From: Bacilli bacterium
Lineage (GTDB): Bacteria; Bacillota_I; Bacilli_A; RFN20; UBA1709
DNA: 64,000 nt
NCBI GenBank assembly: GCA_034115825.1
Contig: JAXESU010000002.1
Span: 538,233 to 602,232, forward strand
Direction of reading: 5' to 3'
Shown: positions 1 through 8,039 of the stretch, piece after piece
Position numbering within the stretch: the first letter of the stretch is position 1
Layout: the number at the start of each line of letters is the position of its first letter
Position numbers and translations under genes: made by a program
Notes under the pieces: generated by a model
What the model was told of the DNA's origin: nothing
What the model saw: the letters and a program-made list of their open reading frames with translations, nothing else
Database searches by the model: none

Positions 1-1
1 T

Positions 2-841
2 GTTTGTGCGCTTTTATCAAAAGCTATAGGCAATAATCTAACTGCTATTTTTGTTAATCATGGTTTACTTCGTTTACATGAAGAAGATGAAGTAATTAAT
101 AACTTTAAAGATTTTAATTTAAACTTTAAATATGTTGATGCAAGTGAAAACTTTTTAAATAGACTTGCCGGAGTTATTGATCCAGAACAAAAACGTAAAA
201 TTATTGGTGATGAATTCATTAATGTTTTTGTAAATGAAGCTAATAAATTAGAAGGAATTAAATATTTAGCACAAGGTACTATTTATCCAGATATTATTGA
301 AAGTGGTACAAAATTCCATAAAGTTGTTAAATCTCACCATAACGTTGGTGGTCTTCCAGAAAAGTTAAACTTTAAATTAATTGAACCATTAAAAATGTTA
401 TTTAAAGATGAAGTTAGAGAAGTTGGAAGATATCTTGGTTTAAGTGATGATTTAGTCTCACGCCAACCTTTCCCAGGACCAGGACTTGGTGTTAGATGTT
501 TAAATGGTATTACAAAAGAAAAATTAAATTTATTAAAACAAGCTGACTATATTTTAAGAGAAGAAGTAAAGAAAAATAAATTAGATAAAGCTATTTGGCA
601 ATATTTCTGTGTTCTTCCATCTGTTAAAGCAGTTGGTGTAAGAAATAATAGTCGTAGCTATGAAGATGCTATTGTTATTAGAATGGTCAATAGTATTGAT
701 GCAATGAGCGCTAAATTCTATGAAATGGAATATGCTTTATTAAGACATATCTCATATCGTATTACTCATGAAGTAGTAGGTATTTCTCGTGTTTTATTAG
801 ATATTACTGATAAACCACTTGGAACAATTGAATTTGAGTAG
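2..841 (+). CDS. guaA: GMP synthase (glutamine-hydrolysing), C-terminal portion; 5-prime end lies outside the window
   Basis: Frame-2 translation from the window edge reads ...LTAIFVNHGLLRLHEEDEV...HHNVGGLPEKLNFKLIEPL...SRQPFPGPGLGVRC...ISYRITHEV..GTIEFE*. These are the ATP-pyrophosphatase and dimerisation-domain motifs of GuaA. Stop TAG at 839-841. Confidence 0.9.
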   Translation, partial: VCALLSKAIGNNLTAIFVNHGLLRLHEEDEVINNFKDFNLNFKYVDASENFLNRLAGVIDPEQKRKIIGDEFINVFVNEANKLEGIKYLAQGTIYPDIIESGTKFHKVVKSHHNVGGLPEKLNFKLIEPLKMLFKDEVREVGRYLGLSDDLVSRQPFPGPGLGVRCLNGITKEKLNLLKQADYILREEVKKNKLDKAIWQYFCVLPSVKAVGVRNNSRSYEDAIVIRMVNSIDAMSAKFYEMEYALLRHISYRITHEVVGISRVLLDITDKPLGTIEFE

Positions 842-866
842 AAATAATAATTAAAGATAAAGTATT

Positions 867-897
867 AACTATTGTAAGTCATACAACAGTTGTTTTT
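867..897 (+). terminator. weak intrinsic terminator candidate after guaA
   Basis: Hairpin aactattg / caacagtt (one mismatch) followed by GTTTTT. Confidence 0.3.
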
Positions 898-1149
898 AGT
901 ATGATTTTTATTAATTTAATATTGAAGATAAAGTTATGTATTGAATTATGATATATTATTAGTAAAGTTTTTAATTTAAAATATCGAGAATCGACATAAT
1001 ATATATTAAATAAAATTAAGTTTGAAATACAATTTGATTAGGAAAAAATTTATTTGTAAAAGTCTAGTTGTATTCAATATTCATTAAATTATTGAAAAAT
1101 AATAAATATCTTCACCCAAATGATTAAAAAACAGGAAAAGAGGGATAGC

Positions 1150-3300
1150 ATGAAAATAGATTTGCACTGTCATACTAAGAAAACTAAAAAAGGTGATCCT
1201 GATACAAGGGAAGTTGATGCCAAAACTTTTAGAGAATCTGTTTTAAGTGCAGGAGTAAAAATAGTAGCTATAACAAATCACAATGTTTTTGATATTAAAC
1301 AATATTATTCATTTGTTTCAATTGCTAGTGATGATTTTCAAGTTTGGCCAGGTATCGAACTAGACGTAGAAGGTGAAATTCAAAATGGTCATGTTATTAT
1401 TGTTAATAATCCAAAAACAGTAGGAGTTTTTGATGAAAAAGTAAAAGAATTGATTGGTGATAGAAATCCTGATGAAGTATTAATTAGTATTGATGAGTTA
1501 ATTTCTTTTTTTAGTGAATTAGATGCAATTGTATTACCGCATTATTATAAACCTAAGTCCTTAGATGAAAATTCTATAGAAAAAATTAAAGAGTCGATTA
1601 TTGATGATTATAGATTCTTTTATGAGCCAAGTAGTTATAGAACAATGGGTATTTTAATTAATCATAAACAATCTTCTTTAATGGGATCTGATGTAAAAGA
1701 TTGGAAAAAATACGATCAAAATATTTTTTCGGAATTAAAACTGGATGTTGATACTTTTGATCAGTTTATATTATTAGCTAAAAAAGATCCGATTTTAGTT
1801 GATACTTTATTACACAAGAAAAATCAAACTATGATTGATATTGGTTATAAAGGAACTGGAAAGAACAAAAAGTATTCTGTTGAGGAATACGCACCAATAT
1901 ATGATGATATAAATATTATTTTTGGAACTAAAGGAACTGGAAAAAGTAATGTGTTAGAGCAAGTTAAAAAGTATTATATATCTAAAAACATTGATTTTAG
2001 TTATTATACTCCAAACAACACAAATGATGAGATTAATTCAAAACTAAAAGTATTTGATTCAGAGAGATTATTAGAAAAGTATTCTCTAAAAAATTTTGCA
2101 AGTGAATTTGAAAAGATTTCCAATTGGACAGAAGCGTCTATTACTCAGTTAAAAGATTTCATTGATTATTCAAAGTGTACTAAAATTAGTAAGAACAAAG
2201 AAAAACTAAAAATATTAGATACCAATATTTTTCTTGATGTCAGTGAAAAAGAAATAGATAAACAAAAAAAATATTCAGAATCTTTAAATGATATTTGCTC
2301 AAAATTAGATAGTATAGAGTTAGAAAAACATCTTGATAGTACAGAAATAGAGACATTATATACTATTTTAGGCAAGATTAATTATAGTATATATTCATTT
2401 TTGAAAGAAGCATGGATTGATTATGAAACTAAAAAACATTCTAATTTTACTATTGAAATGATGAAAAAAATTGTTGAGGAAAATACAGAAACAAAAACTA
2501 AACCAAGTAAAACTGGATTGTTTGATTTTGTTAATAATAGATTAGAATTAATTATTAATGTTAATCAAGTATGTAAAGGATTTGAACATAATTTTGCTTG
2601 TTCACCTATTAAAATAGGTAAATTGGAAGAAAACAAGATTTTATATATGGTAACTAAACATAAAATGCTTGATTCAAAAAGTAAAACAGATGAATTTAAG
2701 CATAATATCACACAACTTAGAGAAACAAAAGATAATTTGTTTAAGTTACAAAAGCATCTTTTTGATGTAAATATCAATGAAATAATTAGAGAGTTAAGTG
2801 ATAATTTGACGAGTTATTCAATTTTATCACTTGATGATTTTCTTGGAGTAAAAAAGGTATTTACGTTAGAACCAACAAAATTAGATGAAATAGAAGAATA
2901 TATTCCATCTACTGGAGAAGCTACTATGATAATTTTACAGGAAAAATTGAATGATAATAAGGATGTATTTATTTTGGATGAACCGGAAAAAAGTTTAGGA
3001 AATACATATGTAAACGACATTATTGTACCTAAATTAGTAAGTTTAGCAAAATCTAGAAAAGTTATTATTGTAGTAACACATAATGCGAATATAGCAGTTC
3101 GTACTTTTCCCTATACTTCTATATTAAAAAAATACCAAGAAGGGAAATATGAAACTTTTATTGGTAATCCTTTCGTCGATAAATTAACACAAATTGGTAA
3201 TGAGAGTAATTGTTTAAATTGGAAAGAGGAAAGTATTAAGATTCTTGAGGGCGGAATACTTGCGTTTGACGAACGAGGTGAGATATATGGCAGAAAATAA
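1150..3300 (+). CDS. PHP-family metal-dependent phosphoesterase/nuclease domain fused to an ABC/AAA_21 (OLD-type) ATPase; candidate defence protein
   Basis: RBS AAGAGGGA lies 6 nt before ATG 1150 (the ORF track's ATG 1120 has no RBS). PHP motifs at the N-terminus: DLHCHT, AITNHN, GIELDV, GHVIIV, LPHYY, INHK. Walker A GTKGTGKS, preceded by a degenerate copy GYKGTGKN. About 360 aa of K/E/L-rich insertion follow, then signature-like PSTGEAT, Walker B VFILDEPE and H-loop VVTHNANI. Confidence 0.75.
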   Translation: MKIDLHCHTKKTKKGDPDTREVDAKTFRESVLSAGVKIVAITNHNVFDIKQYYSFVSIASDDFQVWPGIELDVEGEIQNGHVIIVNNPKTVGVFDEKVKELIGDRNPDEVLISIDELISFFSELDAIVLPHYYKPKSLDENSIEKIKESIIDDYRFFYEPSSYRTMGILINHKQSSLMGSDVKDWKKYDQNIFSELKLDVDTFDQFILLAKKDPILVDTLLHKKNQTMIDIGYKGTGKNKKYSVEEYAPIYDDINIIFGTKGTGKSNVLEQVKKYYISKNIDFSYYTPNNTNDEINSKLKVFDSERLLEKYSLKNFASEFEKISNWTEASITQLKDFIDYSKCTKISKNKEKLKILDTNIFLDVSEKEIDKQKKYSESLNDICSKLDSIELEKHLDSTEIETLYTILGKINYSIYSFLKEAWIDYETKKHSNFTIEMMKKIVEENTETKTKPSKTGLFDFVNNRLELIINVNQVCKGFEHNFACSPIKIGKLEENKILYMVTKHKMLDSKSKTDEFKHNITQLRETKDNLFKLQKHLFDVNINEIIRELSDNLTSYSILSLDDFLGVKKVFTLEPTKLDEIEEYIPSTGEATMIILQEKLNDNKDVFILDEPEKSLGNTYVNDIIVPKLVSLAKSRKVIIVVTHNANIAVRTFPYTSILKKYQEGKYETFIGNPFVDKLTQIGNESNCLNWKEESIKILEGGILAFDERGEIYGRK

Positions 3301-3607
3301 GTTTGTAAAAGTGAAATTAAATTGTATTGATGAGAAATATTTACTTGAGTTCAATTTATCAGAAGTTAAATCTATTAGTTTATATGATGAAAATATGGAA
3401 CAATTAAAAGAATTATTCACTCAAATTATGAAGGATTTAATCAAAAATAATTTAAAATTTAAATTAGAGATATCTGAAGAAGCTAAGAATGGCTCTAATC
3501 AATTGGCATGTGATGTCGCAATCACATATGTTGATAAATTGAACACTGAGATTGAGACATTAATTCAAACTGATAACTTAAAAGAAGTGCGAGAGCATTT
3601 TAGTTAA
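3287..3607 (+). CDS. small acidic hypothetical protein (106 aa), translationally coupled to the PHP-ATPase gene
   Basis: ATG 3287 is preceded by AGGTGA (6 nt) and overlaps the upstream stop (3298-3300) by 14 nt. MAENKFVKVKLNCIDEKYLLEF...; no recognisable motif. The upstream in-frame ATG at 3245 lies inside the ATPase gene without an RBS. Confidence 0.55.
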   Translation: MAENKFVKVKLNCIDEKYLLEFNLSEVKSISLYDENMEQLKELFTQIMKDLIKNNLKFKLEISEEAKNGSNQLACDVAITYVDKLNTEIETLIQTDNLKEVREHFS

Positions 3608-4371
3608 TTTGCTTTTTTGATTATTAGAAACTATCTATATAGACTATCATATAAGATTTAGTGAATATTATATTTTTAACGAATTTGTATGTATAAAAAT
3701 TAATAAAGTAATTATTTTTAAAAAGAAACATTTAAAATTAACTAAGCTAATTACAATATAATTATGATACTATTATTGTTAGTTTAGTGATTTTAATATG
3801 ATACTATTAGTTTGTTACAAGTATACGCATTGTAAAAAATATGTGACAAAAGTAGATGTTTTATATAGAAACAAACTTAATTTGGTTAGAGAAGATAGAA
3901 CTGTTAAGAGGGTTTGAATAGTACAATAGTATTTTATCTATTTTATGTGGTAAGTAGTTTATGGGATTGTTTGTTTTATTAAATATTTTTTAAGAATATT
4001 TATTTAAGTGCCAAAAATAAATATTAAAAAGATAAAAGTTAAGTATGAAAAAAAGTTTTACAGATGAGTTATAAGAAAATAATATGACGGTTATTTTGGG
4101 TAAAATGCTAGAATTAGAGAAAGAAAAGTATAAAGATAAACTAATAAATATAATTATATGAGTTATTGGTGGAAAAGGAGCTCTTATATCTATTGGTTTG
4201 TTATGTTATAGGTTAGTAAGAATAAACTTTTCTTAGATAGTATACTATCTACTTTATTGACATTCTTTTCGGACTTCTTTTAATACATACATTGATTATA
4301 TTGATTCAATTAATTGTATTAATGGTTCGGTTTATGGATTTAAAAAGATGAAGATATTGGAGGGATTTAAA

Positions 4372-4842
4372 ATGACAACCAAGGAAATAGTATACAAATA
4401 TGAAAAGAAAGTATTTAAAAGAGCTTTATTAACACATTTAAAACCAATTACAATTTCAACATTTAGTCAATGCTTTATTGCTATGGTTTGTGGCTTTATT
4501 TACCTTAATGCTTATATGAATAATGATATTGTTTTATTCAATATTACTGCAATACCAGCGATGATTTGCTTACTTGGGGCAGGTATTGGATTAGTAATTT
4601 ACATTATCTTTTTTAAAAATTTATTAATAACAGCATATAATTGGTCATATGATCATTACCTAACTATTGATAATAATCAAGTAGTATTATTACTAAAATC
4701 GAGTGATGGTTTAAAAGAAGAAAAATATAAATTTCCGATTAAAAAAATTAAATTGGAGAAAGATAATTATTTAATTTTTAAGAATAATAATCATTTTGTT
4801 TATGTTCCAAAAGAACTTTTTGATGCTAGTAAGCAAGATTAA
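4372..4842 (+). CDS. small membrane protein, YcxB-like (two TM helices plus a bacterial PH-like domain)
   Basis: GGAGGG lies 8 nt before ATG 4372. Hydrophobic segments FIAMVCGFIYL and AIPAMICLLGAGIGLVIYIIFF are followed by a soluble C-terminal domain. Confidence 0.55.
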   Translation: MTTKEIVYKYEKKVFKRALLTHLKPITISTFSQCFIAMVCGFIYLNAYMNNDIVLFNITAIPAMICLLGAGIGLVIYIIFFKNLLITAYNWSYDHYLTIDNNQVVLLLKSSDGLKEEKYKFPIKKIKLEKDNYLIFKNNNHFVYVPKELFDASKQD

Positions 4843-4941
4843 TTATATTAAAAATTTTGATTATTTAAGTACATATAGAAGAGTATGTAAATAGAAGTAA
4901 GTTCAAAATAATGCATAACTTAATTAGTTAAATGTAATAAT

Positions 4942-4980
4942 AAAAAACAGTTACTGTAATGTTACAGTAGCTGTTTTTTT
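4942..4980. terminator. bidirectional rho-independent terminator between the convergent YcxB-like gene and cat
   Basis: aaaaaa-CAGTTACTGTAAT-GTTACAGTAGCTG-ttttttt; a 13-bp stem with one G-T pair, flanked by an A-run and a T-run. Confidence 0.7.
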
Positions 4981-5002
4981 AACTAAATATTATCTATATA
5001 TT

Positions 5003-5623
5003 TTATTTAAAATGATTAATTAATTCTTGTAAAGTATTTATAAATTTTCCAACATGATAGCCATCACAAACAGCGTGATGAACTTGAATAGCAAGAGGGA
5101 TAAAACGTTGATTATTATTTTCAAAAAATTTGCCGAAGGTAAAAATAGGTAATAAATATTTTCCATCATTATAAATATTGATGTTAAATGATGTAAAAGT
5201 AAACCATGGAATCATCGATACATCAAACGTATTTAATGGACGATCTTTTTTTGGCTCAAATGAAGTAGTATTTAAATATTTTTTTAAATCTTGATGATAA
5301 TTTTCTAAAAACACACGATAGTCATCATTATATAAAGTATAAATTGAAGAAAAAGTTTCACTTTCTTTATTAAAAATAGTATATGCTGGATTCATTTTAT
5401 CAAAAATAACTAACTTATCATTAATTGAAGTTGTTTTAAATTCATCAATGTTATTTATTGTTTTAGTTAATAAATAAAGAAGGGTAGGATATAATTTAAA
5501 ATTTTTAAGATTAGTAATATCTAGATTAACTACTGTTGAATATGTGCAAGGACACTTTGTAGTATAATGCTTAAAGTGTTCTTTTCTTTTATAAGTATTT
5601 AAATCAATTTCTTTATAATTCAT
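5003..5623 (-). CDS. cat: type A chloramphenicol O-acetyltransferase
   Basis: MNYKEIDLNTYKRKEHFKHY...SMIPWFTFTSFNINI...PLAIQVHHAVCDGYHVGKF: the classic CAT N-terminus and the HHAVCDGYH catalytic-His motif. RBS AAAGGA lies before ATG 5623; the ORF-track extension MKERKKV has no RBS. Confidence 0.9.
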   Translation of the reverse strand: MNYKEIDLNTYKRKEHFKHYTTKCPCTYSTVVNLDITNLKNFKLYPTLLYLLTKTINNIDEFKTTSINDKLVIFDKMNPAYTIFNKESETFSSIYTLYNDDYRVFLENYHQDLKKYLNTTSFEPKKDRPLNTFDVSMIPWFTFTSFNINIYNDGKYLLPIFTFGKFFENNNQRFIPLAIQVHHAVCDGYHVGKFINTLQELINHFK

Positions 5624-6656
5624 AACTTTTTTCCTTTCTTTCAATGCTATTTATATAACAGTTTAATTCCTTAAAAGTAAGATTAGCAGGTAAGTGATTA
5701 AATATTGTAGTAGGACTATTTTTCCCGCCACGAAGGCTAATATAATAATCAATAATTGATTCTTTAGCTTCGTTTAATGAGGAATACTCATGAATTCCTT
5801 TTGTTTCACTATTTGCGGTTTCAAGATGATAATATTTATTATTTAATTTATAAATAACAAAGCAATGCATGTGTTCATTTTCATCAAAGTTATTAAATGT
5901 TTCATCTTCGTAAATTCGACAACAATATAAATAGTTTTTAACTTTTATTTTGTTAAGCAAATAGTGAATTAAATAAGCTTGTTCAATACAAGTTCCACAT
6001 CTATATTTAAAAATTGCTTTTAAAGACATTGTTCGATAAAGAAGACGGAAACCTTTCATTTCTTTATTACTATGATAAATTTTATTGTTATCAATAAAAC
6101 CATAACTAATATTATTGCTAATAAAATTATAAATATCTCTTGGAGTTTTAATATTTTCAATTTTATTATAAAAAGAAGGAGAATAGTCAAAGGAGATACG
6201 TTTATCACCATTTGCTAAATAAATGGTTCCACATTGTTTAAATCCATAATTAAAGAGTGCTTTTTGCATTACTAAATTGTCTTTGTGAGTATCGATTCGT
6301 AAATAATTACATTTAGTTAGACAATAGTTAAAAATCTTTCTTGTAATATTAGGTATATTTGATTTTTTAGCAACTTTATGAATGACTCCATATTGCTCAT
6401 TTTTATTCCAGTTTCCTTCAATATAATCGTAGGTTGGATCATTAGTTATCGCAAAAGAAAAGCAGGCTTCAATATTATCATTTTCCTTTAAAATATATAA
6501 AATTTTCTTTTTTATATCATTTAAGATCATTTCTTTAGTCGGATATCCTTTTTGCCATTGATTAATATTGTTTGTTATAACCATAAAGTTTTGGGCATAT
6601 ACATATATTTCCATGATTTTATCAATATCTTTTTTAGTTGCTTTTTTAATAATCAT
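5613..6656 (-). CDS. fusion protein: N-terminal GNAT acetyltransferase plus a C-terminal papain-fold Cys-His-Asp/Glu domain (arylamine-NAT-like / transglutaminase-like)
   Basis: N-terminal approx. 150 aa GNAT-like (MIIKKATKKDIDKIMEIY...IHKVAKKSN..ITRKIFNYCL). C-terminus YRCGTCIEQAYLIHYLL (R-x-G-x-C-x-E, as in the NAT RGGYCFE motif), HMHCFVIY, YHLETAN. Stop overlaps the cat start by 11 nt. A TATAAT -10 box lies immediately upstream, and GGTGA before ATG 6656. Confidence 0.65.
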   Translation of the reverse strand: MIIKKATKKDIDKIMEIYVYAQNFMVITNNINQWQKGYPTKEMILNDIKKKILYILKENDNIEACFSFAITNDPTYDYIEGNWNKNEQYGVIHKVAKKSNIPNITRKIFNYCLTKCNYLRIDTHKDNLVMQKALFNYGFKQCGTIYLANGDKRISFDYSPSFYNKIENIKTPRDIYNFISNNISYGFIDNNKIYHSNKEMKGFRLLYRTMSLKAIFKYRCGTCIEQAYLIHYLLNKIKVKNYLYCCRIYEDETFNNFDENEHMHCFVIYKLNNKYYHLETANSETKGIHEYSSLNEAKESIIDYYISLRGGKNSPTTIFNHLPANLTFKELNCYINSIERKEKSYEL

Positions 6657-6790
6657 TTTTATCACCATTTATTATTATACCTTAATTTATTTAATGTATT
6701 AAATAATATTTACAATTTTATACTCATTTACTATAATAGATATAATTACTATCGACAAAAGTAATTAGTTAGAAAGAAGGAAGTAAAATT

Positions 6791-7891
6791 ATGAATAAGT
6801 ATTATGATAATTTTGAAATCACATCTTTAGACACAGAAATTTTAGAAGAAAAAGATGGCTATTATGTTTTTAAAGACACTATTTTTTATGGTGAAAAAGG
6901 TGGAATGCCAAGTGATGAAGGAACAATTAATGGTTTAGAAGTAGTTGAATTAAAATATGATGGTGACACTTTACTTCATAAAGTAAATGGAACTTTAACT
7001 AATCCAATTCATATGGAAGTTAATAAAGAAGTACGTGAAATTAACACTTCTGTTCAAACAGCTTTCCATATTTTAGATGGTTACTATGCTAAAAGAGGTC
7101 AATATTTACCTGCTGTAGGAGTTCATCCAAATAATCAATGGTTTGAAGTAAATAGTAAAGATATTACTAAAGAAGATTTAATGGAAGTTCAAGAATTTAT
7201 GAACAAAGTTATTGATGATGATGTTAAAGTTACTTTTGAGTACATTAATGGAAAAGATTACTATAATGAAAAGTATCAACATTATGATTTAGTACGTATT
7301 GTTAATATTGGTGATTTAGATAGTCAACCATGTGGAACTCTTCATCTAAATCATACTTCACAAATTAAAAGTTTTGTTATTTTAGACTTTGAAAAAACAA
7401 GTAAAGGTACAAGAGTTTATACTTGTGTAAATAAAGTTTGTGATGAACATTTAAAAAATTATTATAATTTATTAAAAGAAACAGGTAAAATTTTAGGTGT
7501 TAAAAAAGAAGAAGTAATTGAAAAAGCTAGTGAAGTAACTGCTTCCAATAAAGCTTTAAAGAAAGAAGTTCAAGATCTTAAAAAAGAATTGATGGATTTA
7601 AAAGCTAACTCCATTTTACAAGACGAAAATTTAATGTATAAGTATGAAACTAGTGATGCTAATGATTTACGTCTAATTGGTCAAAGTTTAATGAATCGTG
7701 TAAATGGTAATAAAATAGTTTATGCCTTAATTAATGATGAAATTAACTTTGCAATTGTTTCTTCAAGCAATGAAGCTCGTAATTATTTAGAAAAAGTTAA
7801 AACTTTAGGCAATGTCATTGGTGGAGGTTCTCCTAAAATTGTTACTGCTAAAGTAAAAGCAAATGAAGAAGACTTCTTAAATTTATTTTAG
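6791..7891 (+). CDS. alaX: AlaX-L type alanyl-tRNA editing protein (AlaRS editing-domain homologue with a DHHA1-like C-terminus)
   Basis: Zn motifs VQTAFHILDG and QPCGTLHLNHT (HxxxH ... CxxxH), a coiled-coil linker, and C-terminal GNVIGGGSP like the AlaRS C-terminal domain. Confidence 0.7.
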   Translation: MNKYYDNFEITSLDTEILEEKDGYYVFKDTIFYGEKGGMPSDEGTINGLEVVELKYDGDTLLHKVNGTLTNPIHMEVNKEVREINTSVQTAFHILDGYYAKRGQYLPAVGVHPNNQWFEVNSKDITKEDLMEVQEFMNKVIDDDVKVTFEYINGKDYYNEKYQHYDLVRIVNIGDLDSQPCGTLHLNHTSQIKSFVILDFEKTSKGTRVYTCVNKVCDEHLKNYYNLLKETGKILGVKKEEVIEKASEVTASNKALKKEVQDLKKELMDLKANSILQDENLMYKYETSDANDLRLIGQSLMNRVNGNKIVYALINDEINFAIVSSSNEARNYLEKVKTLGNVIGGGSPKIVTAKVKANEEDFLNLF

Positions 7892-7895
7892 TAAT

Positions 7896-7927
7896 TAAGT
7901 GAACTAATATTAGTTCACTTTTTTGTT
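7896..7927 (+). terminator. intrinsic terminator after alaX
   Basis: AAGTGAACTA-atat-TAGTTCACTT followed by TTTTTGTTT. Confidence 0.65.
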
Positions 7928-7964
7928 TAATGTGAAAGTTTTAACAACTTTGTGAAAAAACTTA

Positions 7965-8019
7965 TTGAAAAGCACAATATCTTTTTTTATAATATAAATG
8001 TAAGTCAAACTGACATTTA
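7965..8019 (+). promoter_or_regulatory. sigma-A-type promoter (TTGAAA-17-TATAAT) plus an imperfect 25-bp palindrome between -10 and RBS; likely TetR operator
   Basis: TTGAAA 7965-7970, TATAAT 7988-7993. TAAATGTAAGTCAAACTGACATTTA at 7995-8019 (symmetric except for 2 positions). Confidence 0.5.
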
Positions 8020-8039
8020 TTACAAAGGAGATTATAATT

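Noticed and set aside
2166-3420. Four 68-70-aa ORFs (2166-2375, 2565-2777, 2814-3020, 3214-3420) antisense to the PHP-ATPase gene
   Set aside because: They are low-complexity (S/F/L/I-rich) translations of the opposite strand of an A-rich coding region, with no RBS; typical shadow ORFs.
3763-3809. 13-bp direct repeat TATGATACTATTA as a possible CRISPR array or satellite
   Set aside because: Only two copies, short, in 80 percent-AT DNA, with no further periodicity. It is kept as a minor note inside the non-coding-region finding, not as a repeat feature.
6552-6764. 70-aa plus-strand ORF overlapping the 5-prime end/promoter of the GNAT-fusion gene
   Set aside because: Low-complexity F/N/Y/I-rich, no RBS, and it overlaps a much better supported gene on the other strand.
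842-6790. Integrase, transposase or att repeats delimiting the guaA-proximal island
   Set aside because: I looked for recombinase-like ORFs and for a duplicate of the guaA 3-prime end near alaX and found none by eye. The island is therefore described as recombinase-less rather than as a defined mobile element.
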